Shown piece after piece: positions 34,747 to 46,104 of a stretch of DNA of 64,000 bases; position 1 is the stretch's first letter, and every line of letters starts with the position of its first letter. This DNA is from Deltaproteobacteria bacterium (GTDB lineage Bacteria > SAR324 > NAC60-12), in the NCBI GenBank assembly GCA_002685535.1, contig NYXK01000186.1, positions 2,027-66,026 on the forward strand. Direction: 5' to 3'. Position numbers and translations under genes: made by a program. The notes under the pieces are model-generated. The model was not told where the DNA came from. It ran no database searches and saw nothing but the letters and a program-made list of their open reading frames with translations.

Positions 34747-37700
34747 ATGATCCGCCACTGGGACTCCCAACAGTCGCTCTTTTTGACATGTATTCTACTT
34801 GCTTTTGCCTTTCTTGCGAATTCTTCTCATGTACACCACTCTCACCCAAACCAACATAGCCAGCACGAAGAACCGGTTCACCGACCACATTTTAGTAGTC
34901 ATGTCGAGAGAGGACCTCTCGAGATGGTTGGGGAGCTTCTCAGCAATTCCTCCCAGAAATCGACAAGTTGGCTTCTCATTCACATCTTCCGAGGTTAAGA
35001 AAGCTAATCCGCCAACAGTAATACCTTGGGGATCAGAAATGGACATCGTATCCTTCGTTGATAATTTTGTCGGTGGCTGGCTTCGAGATACAAGGCCCAA
35101 CTCAACTCAAGCTGAAATCTCCGATATATTAGCAACAGCAAACCGTGTCAAGCAAGCTTTCCTCGATCCAGACTCCGTATCCTCTCTGATGCCCCCCTCA
35201 ATCACAAGCCCTCCACTGAAGAGCACCGCCAGCTACTTCCACCGCTCTACTCTGAACTCAACCATGACAAACTTAGGTTTCACCAATTCTTCATTGGAAG
35301 AAGCAAGAGCCATTGTTCGCTTGGCCCAAAAAGAAGCCAACGCGAGAAACAAGGATCGGATTGGCAACCCACGCGTGAACAACTACTACGGGAAGGAAAG
35401 TAGCAAGCTTGCGCTCAAGTCTCGGGCTAATGATGCTCAACTACTTGCAATCAACGCCACTGTCGCAGCCGCAGCCGCATTGGTGGCAGAAGCTGATGCG
35501 GCACATTCGAACACAACCGAAAAAGACTACTCTATCCCGATCGAAATCAGTCGCAATGAGCAGCGCAATCTTGAGAAGCGGGCAGGCTCGTACTGGTTAG
35601 AAAATATGAACCATGTCGGGCGAATTCCATTCGGCGGTCCGGATAACGACAACTACCCCGTCTTCCGCAATGTCAAAGACTATGGAGCAGTTGGTAATGG
35701 GAAAGTTGATGACACTGCTGCCATCAACAGAGCAATGACTGATGGAAACCGATGTGGTGCAAAATGTGGGGCTTCTTCTATTAAAGGAGCAGTCGTTTAT
35801 TTCCCAGCTGGCAAGTTTTCACGTCGAGACCCTACCTCATCTATTCTAACCAACAGCTAGGACAATATCTCATTAGCAGTACAATTGAGATGTACTATCA
35901 TACCCAGATGATTGGAGATGTGCGTGTCTCCGTGCGCTGCTCCTTCCCTAGCTAACAATGAGCAGGCAACCCAGCGGCCCATATTGTTGGCAGCAAAGTC
36001 TTTCGTTGGTCTAGGTCCGTAGCAAGCCGAATCCGATCAATTTGATCGTTTTGATGCTGATGATTAGCAGGTCTTCTCTCGTCCGACCACTACACAGGAA
36101 ATGATGGGGGAGCAGAAGAGTGGTATATAAACCAGGTATGAACGAAAGGCTCTATTTGTCTGCCTGAAATGCCGCTTACTGCTCAAAGAACAACTTCTAT
36201 CGACAAGTCCGTAATTTCATTATTGATTTGAGAGATGCAGACATGGTGGACATTGCAGGAATCCATTGGCAAGTGGCACAAGCCACCAGTATCCAAGATG
36301 TATCTTTCTTTGGGTCCAACACAGCTGGCAAGTCGCATATGGGTATATGTAAGCCATCTTAGTCTAGATGGAAGTAGAGGAGCTACTGACATCCCTCCTC
36401 TAGTTGCCGAGAACGGGAGCGGTGGCTTCATGTCGGATCTGACATTTATTGGCGGTGCAATCGGCATGCGATGTAAGAATATTCACTACCTGAAACTTCT
36501 TTGTGTTGATTCTGACTCCAAACACAGGTGGGAACCAGCAATTTACCACACGCAAGTTCGTGTTCTTCCAATGCAAAACTGCAATCGATATGCTCTGGGA
36601 CTGGGGATGGACCTGGAAATCCCTCTATATCTACGGAGCGGACATCGGCATCAAAATGAGCGGCGACTACATAGGTGGCTCTATATTACTTCTCGACTCA
36701 TTCATGTTCTCGACCAATGTCGGAATATCTATCAGCACGCCTCAGGGTAGCTCTGGCACTCAGGAGCAGTTCTCTGTTACACTCGACAACTTGTACCTCG
36801 AGAAAGTCACAACACTCATCGTTGATAAGCCTGCCAGTCTCAGTGTTGCAGGTGGCTCCAGAACAATCGATTCCTGGGTTCTTGGCAAGGTGTACGATGA
36901 AAGCAGTAGTACCTACGGAAAATGGTCTGGCGGCGGACCTGTGTTCCCACTTCATCCTAAAACTGCGTCTCTCACAGATGGAACAGGAGCTTACTTGGAA
37001 CGCTCGAAGCCACAATATGCTGATATTCCTGCTGCGACTTTTATCAATGCCAAAATCACTCTCAAAGGTAAATGAGACACTTTTCATGATCCAGATTTTG
37101 CTCACACAAGTAGGGGATGGCGTTTACGATGATACCTTCGGCTTGAATCTCCTTCTTTCTGTCGCCGCAGGTGCGAACCGCCCTCTCTTCATTCCCATGG
37201 GATCATATATTGTGACAGATACAATAAAGGCAAGCCCCTAAACCAGTTATGTCTTTGGCCCAGTGTATCCAGCTAATGCAAGTAGATCCCACTTGGGAGC
37301 CGAGTAGTTGGTGAGTGCTGGTCCCAAATAGTAGCGCAAGGAACTGTAAGTTCTCCCTCCAGGTCCATAATTGCCGTTCCTTGAAGCTTATCAACATCAA
37401 GGCGTTCACGTTCGTGGACGAACCGCACGTCATGGTCCAAGTTGGGGACGAAGGAGATGCTGGAGTCGTAGAAATTCAGGACTTGTTGTTTACCAGTACG
37501 GCGCCGTCTGCGGGTGACATTTTGATGGAGTGGAATGTTGCACAAACAACGCCGGGCTCAGCGGCCATGTGGGGTAAGAAATGGTGCAGTCAGCCTGAAC
37601 TTTAACTCACGAAACCACAGATAGCCACTTCCGGATCGGTGGAGCGAAGGGATCCAAACTTCAGAGGGAAGACTGCCCGAAGCTAACAGGCAGTGTGAAT

Positions 37701-40023
37701 GGAAGGTGTGTTGCTGGGAGTATGCTTCTTCATTTGACCGCTCGGTCATCAGCCTACATGGAAAATATCTGGGCCTGGGTCTCCGATCACGATATTGATA
37801 GTTCAGAAGATCAGACCCAGATCGACGTATATGTGGCGCGAGGTCAGTCTCGTTCTACTGTCGACAGACTCAATACTTATGCACTTGTCTAGGGGTTCTT
37901 ATTGAAAGTCAAGGGCCGACGTGGCTGTACGGCACATCATCCGAGCATTGTGTGCTCTACCAATATCAACTTTATAATGCCAGAAACACTTTCCTTGGAA
38001 TGGTATACTGCCTTTCAAAATCACTTCTGACAAACAAAAGGCTAATATTCTTTTCAGATACAAACTGAGAGTCCCTACTATCTTCCGGCACCTCAGGCAC
38101 CCGCGCCATTCGCATCGACTGTAAGCTCCGCCGACTCTTTTCTACCTCCTTTCTCAGCTTCAAGTATACTGACCTGGACCTCATGATGACTAGGTTGGGT
38201 TGTTCAATGGCGACCCCGACTTCTCGGATTGCAATGCTGTCACCTCGCCTCATTGTGCAGTTTCGTGGGGACTGAGAGTTGTGGGTTCAGACAACATCCA
38301 CATCTTCGGGGCTGGGCTTTACAACGTTAGTCTATTTCATTATACTCTATCTTTGCTTTTTTCACCTACTTGCTTGCAAGAATGCTGCAATGTTACCCCC
38401 CGACGACTAGTTGTGTCTCACATTTAGCAGTGGTTCCAAGCATATATTCAGCCATGCGTAGACTCGCAAGACTGTGCGCAGCGAGTAGCTCAAGTACTCG
38501 GAAGCAGTGTATGGCTTTACAATCTATACACTATCGGAACAGTGGAAATGATTAACACAATCTCTGGAGCTCCGGTCATAGCTAAGGACAACACAAATAA
38601 GAAAGAGCACCCCTTCACGTCTATTGTCAATGCATGGCTTTTGTCCACTTCCTCCAGGTAAGGTAGCACTTTCATATCACTAGATGACTCTGCTAACCTG
38701 AGGCCAGTGACACAAATGGAGACGATGAGCCATACGAAGACGATCCGCCCTGCACTGGGATATACAGAAACATCACACAAGTCATGGCTGCGGTTGCAAA
38801 CATCCCAGATCATTGTGTCGACAAATATCTGGTGGATGCCCAGATCGCAACGATCAACGATTCGCTTGACAAATATACCGAAACGATTTCCAAAGGCTAT
38901 GACAGCAAGTTCAAGATATACGCCGAGCACATCAAGGAACTTGTTCCACTACAGCTCATAGCCTACATGGCAGGAGCCCAAGCTTCTGGGTTTTTCACCT
39001 GTACTACCACCGAATATCAGCTCTGCTGCGGCAGTACATGTTGCCCGGCTGAAGACCACTGCATATGCCCAGCTGTCCCTTGCAATCCCAGCCAAGATTG
39101 CCAGAAGGGTCTTCAGACGAAGACTGTAAACTGTCCTACCTCGATCCCCCTTGCAACAGACCAAGCTCCTGTCGACAAGATCGCGTACACCTGTACTAAT
39201 ATCGACGGTTTCAAGGCCGATGTCGCGCAGAAGTATGGCATCGACCCTTCCTGGATCGTTTTCGGAGACTATACTGCTCGAATCAACGGGGGATGCTGGC
39301 AATCTAATTGCGATGCAATACAGTCGAGAGTGATTTGGTCCGGTTTTCCAGTCCCTGCTGCTTCTTTCTCAGTACCAGACCCCAAAGATCTCATCAGTGG
39401 CACTTATGATAACACGAGAAATCTGGCAGCCCAATTAACTGGAAAAGAGGAGTGGATAGACGATAACTACGAGGGACTTATGCTGTCTGACCTGGTTGAC
39501 GCATCATCCGTTCCCGCTCTCATGTGAGTTGCCATTGCTGTTTTGAAACTCTTTCCCATTCTTTTAAGTCCTACGTATTCAGAGCTAATTCATCACTCCG
39601 TAACTCAGGACTTACTCTGCGGTAACAAGCATGGACAAAGTGGTGGAAATAGCCAAGGAAATAACAGCAGCCCAAAGAAAGGAGATGATCTTGAACTTCA
39701 TCATGGGTGTCTTGATGTTAATACCAGGCGTTGGCCAAATCGCGGACGCAGCGGGCATGGCAGCGCTGCGCAGTTTCATCAACCTCATAGGAGATATTGG
39801 CAATGCTGCATTGACCATTCACGGAATCGTCGAAGATCCCTCGAGTGCGATTTTCAATCTCTTCGGGGCTTTGATAGGTGGCAGGGGATCCGGAAAGTCG
39901 TTCACCGACGCTGCTGGAGCCCGTCGTGGAATGACGAGCAAGGAACTTGATTCTTTGACGCCTATCAGAGGGGATCTGACCAGGATTTCCAACGTACGAA
40001 CCCTCTGTCTGGCGAAAAAGTAG
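34747..40023 (+). CDS. Glycoside hydrolase family 55 exo/endo-beta-1,3-glucanase fused to a cysteine-rich and hydrophobic glycine-zipper C-terminal extension (about 1,417 aa)
   Basis: GH55 signature blocks appear in order: SYWLENMNHVGRIPFG, VFRNVKDYGAVGNGKVDDTAAINRAM, VVYFPAG|QYLISSTIEMYYHTQMIGD, WYINQ|NNFYRQVRNFIIDL, ENGSGGFMSDLTFIGG, KGDGVYDDT, WDSHFRIGGAKGSKLQ, ENIWAWVSDHDID, SSEHCVLYQYQL and IQTESPYY. Exons are 34829 (or 34747)..35810, 35861..35919, 35966..36014, 36071..36135, 36189..36342, 36404..36472, 36528..37067, 37114..37229, 37286..37345, 37402..37573, 37621..37842, 37893..38002, 38058..38120, 38194..38325, 38428..38657, 38708..39523 and 39609..40023. All phases close. The 5' end is unresolved (see findings). 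Confidence 0.85.
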
Positions 40024-41248
40024 ACGTAGAGGAGGTCATGTAAATCTAATTGGCAACGATAGAATGAGTGCATGAATAAGTCAAACGGTGTTGAAAGTCC
40101 GTTTCACAGTGCGAATCAGTTTGGTCTTTCCTAGTCTGTTTCAAACAAGAACTCACATGATGATTTCAATATTCTTACACTGCGTGTCCGATCAACTCAG
40201 TCTGATGGAGGAAGAACGCAGACATTCTACCTCAGCATGGGCATGTTTACAAGCTCGGAGAATGTGCCATAGAATTTGGCGTTGCCACTGCAGTTGAAGT
40301 TTGATGGTGCCTCCTGGCCACTGGAATATCCAGAGTCGTTCTTAATGGAGCTTTCGTGATTTTTCACTGCCTGACGCCCAAAACGGAAGCCCGATATGTC
40401 TTACGGAGGCAAGGCGACTTGCAGTCACTACAGGACAGGAACAAAGGCTTGGCCCTGCTGGAGCCCAGCAATATTGGGATCCAAGATTCTTATAAGTCTC
40501 TGTGCCGCAAAGCTGCGGCAGACTGGGTCATCTCCCTCCGAATATTTTCAGGTTACAATAATTTGACAGCATTGCTGCTTTTACGCATCCATCAGGCGGA
40601 TCGTGCAGGTTTGAGCCATGCAGAATTGGTGGCGGGTACCGGGGTGGGATGCCGTGTTCCGCATGCAGTGGTATATCTATAAAAATTTCGGCAATCTTGA
40701 TAGGCCTACCAGCCCTTTGAGGAAGGTGTATCGAAACAAAAGTGCCAAGGTAAACATAAAGCCAGAATGAAATGAGAGCCAAGACATTTCAAGCATTTGC
40801 TTGTTGGAAAATTGGCAAGCTTAATCTCACCCCTTATCACAAGCGTACACGATGAGCAGTAAGTTTGGCTGTTCCTTAAGCGCTCGGTGAGAATTCGTAT
40901 AACAAAGTCCGGGTCTGGGAAATTTGGTGGCTCTATTTAGACGTATATCCGCATTACCATTCATCAACTTCTGCATGTGGACATGCGATCATGCAGGGCA
41001 AACAATCACATCCGTACTCGTATGATTGACGGCATGTACTGATGTATTCGACGGATCTAGGCCTCCCCTATCATTGTCTTCGAATGAGTAAGAGAGCTGG
41101 ACAGTCTGCCAGTTTTACGGTAGTGTGTCCACTCCCAACAATCTCCATTGCCAAACGCTGACTTTTTTCGGACCAAAGTCCTGCTACAATTTGCAAGACC
41201 TCCACACGCTGTACCTTACTTGATTTTTTATTTACACAGCAAGAAAAG

Positions 41249-43120
41249 ATGATCTCGTCCATGATGTGCTCGTTGTGTGCTTTTCTCTGGATACTTCCTA
41301 CGGTCGTTTTTGGAGGTACACAGCCCAATATGCCATACGTATGTATCCTGTTAGACTTCCGTGGCTCTGCTGCTTCCGAACAGACCGTGAAGTTCAGAGC
41401 TCACGTGCAGTCAATTGAGCAAAAGGCTTCTGTGCCCTCCAATGTCCTAGCTTCTTTCAATGCCACTATAGACATTTTACTAACATTGTTACCTACCATA
41501 GGACAGTACAACGACAAAATATTGTACTTGGTGGTACGATAATTACGAAGGATACAGCTGTGAAGCAATCAGGTCCAGCTTTCTTATTAGTATGGCAGAC
41601 ATGATGCTTTGGAACCCATCTATCACCAGCACCTGTGGGAACTGGAAAGAGCGTTCTTACTGTGTCGAGGTCCATGGTATGCCAACAAGTACCTCAACCA
41701 TCAAACCCACTACAACCAGCACCACATCTAGCACCTCTTCCACTATAGCAACGAGCACGGTAAAACCGCAGTGGTCACCGCTTGGATGTTATTTGGACTC
41801 TACACCACCGACTCTATCAGAGCGGACAAATATCGTGGGTGGAGACAGTGTGATGACGATCGAGGGATGTCAGACTGCTTGTTATTCCAGTGGTTTGATA
41901 TATGCTGGCGTTGAAGCAAAGTCACAATGCTGGTGTGGGGATTATGTTGGAAACGAACTAGCAAACTCAACTGATTGCAATATGCCTTGTGCAGGTAATC
42001 CAGCTCAGATCTGTGGTGGTACCGGGCGCATCAACATATACAAAGGAGTGAACCCAAGTACCAGTACTTCTACATCCACAACATCTTCAGCGACAAAGTC
42101 ATCTAGCACCAGTACTCCGACTTCCACGTCCCCTGTCAGTTTTGATGGATCGTGCGGTCCCTCCTCTCTGCAGAAGGCTACCTGCGCTGGCAGTGCTTTT
42201 GGAAACTGCTGTTCGACATCCGGGCAATGTGGATGGACTCCATCATTTTGTGCGCCGGTTGTTTGCCAAAAGGGCTTTGGTACATGCGACGTTACCGATC
42301 CAATCAGTCCTGATGGGAAATGTGGTGCAGCATCGACCATTGGGGCGACATGCGCTGGTAGTAGTAAGTTCTTTGAGTTCATCAGCTTCCTCCGCTCCAG
42401 TTTCGGAAGGCTTAAGATCTTCTCTCCTTAATTATGTATCCTCCCCACGTTCTAAGGAACGTTCTCGCCTCCTGAATGGGCTGTCTAAACACCAAACTTA
42501 AAATGGCAACGCTAACTATGTGCTGCATACAAGCTTTCGGCCAGTGCTGTTCTGTCAGGGGCAATTGTGGCACTACACTTGACTATTGCGGTACGCCGAA
42601 TGGGTGCCAGACCAAATTCGGTTCCTGTACTCCTGTGAGTACGGATGGGAAATGCGGCTCAGCATCTTCTACGAAAGCATCCTGTGCTGGCAGTACATTT
42701 GGCCAGTGCTGTTCCACAAAGGGAAATTGTGGCGATTCTGCTGAGTTCTGCGCCGTCGCAAATGCGTGTCAGCCTTTGTTTGGAAAGTGTACACCTGTCA
42801 GTACGGATGGCAAGTGTGGCTCAGCATCAACCACGAATGCATCTTGTATCGGCAGTACGTTCGGCAACTGCTGCTCAGTGAAGGGAAATTGTGGGAGCAC
42901 TGCTGCTTTCTGTGCTGTTGCTAATCTATGCCAACCTACCTTTGGCACTTGTCACCCTACGAGTACCGATGGAAAGTGCGGAGCAGCCTCAGCTTCGAAC
43001 GCATCGTGTATTGGTAGCAGCCCTGGGAGCTGCTGCTCAGTGAAAGGGAATTGTGGAAGCACTGCTGCCTTTTGTGCTCTGTCTAATTTATGCCAACCTA
43101 TCTTTGGCACATGTACCTAA
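41249..43120 (+). CDS. Secreted carbohydrate-binding protein: LysM - Ser/Thr linker - WSC - five CBM18 (hevein-like chitin-binding) modules (512 aa)
   Basis: Signal peptide MISSMMCSLCAFLWILPTVVFG. LysM-like block YSCEAIRSSFLISMADMMLWNPSITSTCGNWKERSYCV. WSC block GCYLDS...TIEGCQTACYSSGLIYAGVEAKSQCWCGD...CNMPCAGNPAQICGG. Five 8-Cys units follow of type DGKCG...SCAGSTFGQCCSxxGxCGxxxxFCxxxxCQxxFGxC. Exons are 41249..41338, 41502..42363 and 42534..43120 (donors GTATGT and GTAAGT, branch sites CTAAC and GCTAAC). The second junction restores the repeat consensus CAGS|TFGQCCS. Confidence 0.85.
42632..43117 (+). repeat. Three tandem 162-nt coding repeats (CBM18 units 3-5)
   Basis: Three consecutive 54-codon units (42632..42793, 42794..42955, 42956..43117), each reading P[VT]STDGKCG..ASC.GS..G.CCS.KGNCG....FCA..N.CQP.FG.C. 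They are clearly related at the nucleotide level but carry many substitutions. Confidence 0.85.
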
Positions 43121-44128
43121 AGAGCGTTTCACCTTCTTTGCTGTAAATATGTTTCATGGACGTACTATACTCAGGAACCAAGTCCGGGAGATTTACCTTC
43201 CCAGCCGCGATATCTTTAAAGATGACCCTAAGGTAGAATCATCTAACGGATGGGACAAAGACTGGAAGACAGGCAGGGGTGCTGCTTCGCTCTGATGAGT
43301 GCGAGGCTTAGCTGTGAGGCACCCGGATGAGATTGCGGGGGATGGGAAGTATGGAGATTGACGTCAGGTCTGTGAAGTTTACTTTGGTCCCGTTTTATGG
43401 AAAGAATCGAGCTAAACTACAATCAGGCGCTGGTCGGAATTTAAGGCTGAATCCTTACAGTCGCGAGGTCATCTTCATCTCTTCCTTCTTACCCTCACTC
43501 TTTTGCTCATCTACGCTCCCAGCCCAATTTCTTCTCTACTCTTCCATTTACCTCGCACTGACTCAGATCATGTAATCGAATCAATTGACTGCAAAAAGAA
43601 TTTCTAAGATGTTACAACCAATAGTTGTGATACTTTTGTAACACCACCATAGATCTTAGATAGTAAGTCTTCATGAGAGTCGAGATTGAAGCAACGAAGG
43701 AAAAAGAAAGGGAAAGCGTGATGTTTCAAAGTCTCATTGATTTTTAATTTGAAAAGTTGCTATTTTATATGCTCATTGTAAATTCTCATGGATGGTATCG
43801 TTACAACTCTCCCCAAACAGCCTCTTTCAACACCCAGATTCGAAGATTGGACATCGGCAGTGACCTTCATTGAACTCCCGTCCCTAAGCTATACAATAAT
43901 CGGATAAAATCTTGCTCATCTCCTACCCCACACACACTGCTACCTCCACCCCATGAGAACAGACAAATGCCTCGCCATAAATACTTGGTTACCTCCCCTC
44001 AATATCATCCGACAAAGTAAATTTTTGGAGAAACGGTTAATCAGCTTCCCAGAACCGTTACAAGAGGTGGATCCACCATATCCATTGCTCACTCATCCGC
44101 CCACCCACTCACAAGCACACCATCCACC

Positions 44129-45497
44129 TCACGCTGCACCATTCGCCCTCCTAGCAACCTCCGCCCCCAACGCGCCCTTCATCCCCACCCTCCTCTTATA
44201 CATCCCCATCCTACTCCTCACCTCCCCCTCCCCTCTCTTCTCCGGCTGCCCAACCGCCGGATCAAAAATCGTACCCGGACCAAAATCCGGCTTGCCACCT
44301 AACGTGCCAAAAACATCCCCAATATAATTCTTCGGCTTAACACCCTTCTCAAAAGTCTTCTTCCAGCCACTCAATATCCCCTTAATAATCGGTGTACCAG
44401 CAAGATAGATATTCTCCACCGCTGGCTCGAAGGCGCCTTGATTGGAGTAGAAGAGGTTGAATTCCGGGCTTGCGCCAGGATATGGTCGGTCGAAGTCCGA
44501 GGCGGTGCGCATGATGATGATACGTGCGAAATCAATGGTCTTGTGCACGGCGAAGCGGATCATGGCTTCGAGGGTAGCGTTGTCTTCTTGGGCTGTCATG
44601 CAGTAGACGCCTGAACCATTGGTGAACAAGCTTGTGGTATTTTCGAATGCTTCGCCGAGGAGAGTGCCGGAATAGTAGACGTCTGAGGTGGCGGTGTCGC
44701 ATTTGATGATTCCGGGACTCTTGGATGCGGCAGAGTAGATCTTGGTGTGGTTGCCCACGGCGTATAAGGCGCGGTAGGCCACGGCCTCAGAGGTGTCGTT
44801 TAACTTCGCTGTGCTGGCGAATTTGGCGGCGATGTCGCGGAGGGCTTCGTTCACTTCGAAGACTTCGGTGCCGTAGATGCTTTGGGGGTACATGTCTGGT
44901 GAGGTTGAACCTTGGGGGATATAGCCGGTACTGTAGTTGGATGGGATTTCGCGGGCGTCGAACTCGTATTGGAGGGCGACTTGAACGGCATATTTGGAGA
45001 ATGCAACGTCAGCGATAGTACCGTGTTTTGGATTGATACCAGCGATACCTCCGATCAGGAAATATGTCTTTCTGAGATCGAAGAGAGGCGAAGCCATAAG
45101 TGCCGTGATGGTTGTGGCAGCATTGATCTCAGATTCGCCGGTGGTGAGTTGGCATACAGAACCATCCTTCAGACAATGCACATCTGGGAAAAGAGGCGAG
45201 AAGCCTGGAATGGTGATGTTTTGTGCGAGTAAGTCACCAATTGATCCATTGGTATTGGCATTTGTATACCAGATGTCTGCTTCTGGCGAGAACTGTCTTG
45301 AATTAGAAAATGCTGTGGTGGCGGGGTTGAGAATCTACCATAGAAATGATGAACACTTTCGGTGTGATGATATCGGCATTTTTGTAAATGACAGTCACTT
45401 CTCTTGACTCAAGCGATTGCTCAGCCCGTCTTTCTATAACTGGTGAAGCAGAGACCAGAGCTCCGACCAATAAGCTGGCCAAAAAGTTGACTCTCAT
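44129..45497 (-). CDS. Purine nucleoside permease (NUP family)
   Basis: Signal-like N-terminus MRVNFLASLLVGALVSA, then PKVFIISM|FSPEADIWY across a 46-nt intron (45293..45338). NUP-family blocks follow: LTTGESEINAATTITALMASPLFDLRKTYFLIGGIAGINP, YCMTAQEDNATLEAM and IIMRTASDFDRP. Exons are 45497..45339 and 45292..44129 (440 aa). Confidence 0.88.
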
Positions 45498-46080
45498 GAT
45501 GGCGAACGTATATAGAAATCAAACGACCGCTTATGGATGACAACCGCCAGACTGCGAATTCTGACGACCTGGGCTGAGTGAGTTCTGATCGAAAGGATGA
45601 ACGAAGAAGAAGGAAAGAAGAAAATAACAAGAAGAAATAGACCTGTAGAAGCTCAAGATAAGCTTCTCGAAGAAAAGAAAGTGGAGACAAAACAATCTGC
45701 CGGTATCTTATCATGACAAGCCAGGGACTGCGAGGTGAGGTAATCCGATGAAGAAACGGGTCTCGTTCGACCCAAGCGGAGACCTACATGTGCTCTTTAT
45801 CTGGATGCGGCAACGATTAACCTGCATTGCACTTGCAATTGAGCTCGGAGGTAGTACTTGCAGTTTCGTACACTAATGCGGGCAGGAAGTGGCTTAATCC
45901 TTGTCGGGTAAGCACTCATTTCTCACTTGTTACTCAGTCCCGATCTTCAGCCTCATTGCCTCTCCCGCCTTGACTAAAGTACTGAGGTCCTCCTTGCGAA
46001 AGAAAAAGAATCACCAGCCAAATGCTCAATAAGAATGAGTTTCGCCGAAATCCTCGACCGCTTTCCAAAATCAATGTATC

Positions 46081-46104
46081 AGCTTGTCAGCTTGTCAGCT
46101 TGTA
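46081..46104. repeat. 3 x 8-nt tandem repeat (AGCTTGTC)
   Basis: Direct reading: agcttgtc agcttgtc agcttgta, intergenic. Confidence 0.9.

Noticed and set aside
36503-37241. Two overlapping plus-strand ORFs in different frames that might suggest a frameshift in GH55
   Set aside because: They are explained by a 46-nt intron (37068..37113, GTAAAT...GTAG) between exons 7 and 8. The conserved KGDGVYDDT block is restored across the junction.
40024-41248. Small ORFs between the GH55 gene and the LysM-WSC-CBM18 gene, examined as possible toxin or immunity partners (e.g. 40088..40297, 40356..40682, 40528..40782)
   Set aside because: All begin with non-ATG codons, lack signal peptides or motifs, and show no splice-consistent structure. 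There is no support for a third gene in the pair.
41071-41328. 85-aa minus-strand ORF
   Set aside because: Its 5' portion (41249..41328) is antisense to the first exon and signal peptide of the LysM-WSC-CBM18 gene, and the rest lies in that gene's upstream flank. It has no motif.
44725-45407. Three plus-strand ORFs of 97-137 aa
   Set aside because: They are antisense to the purine nucleoside permease coding exon.
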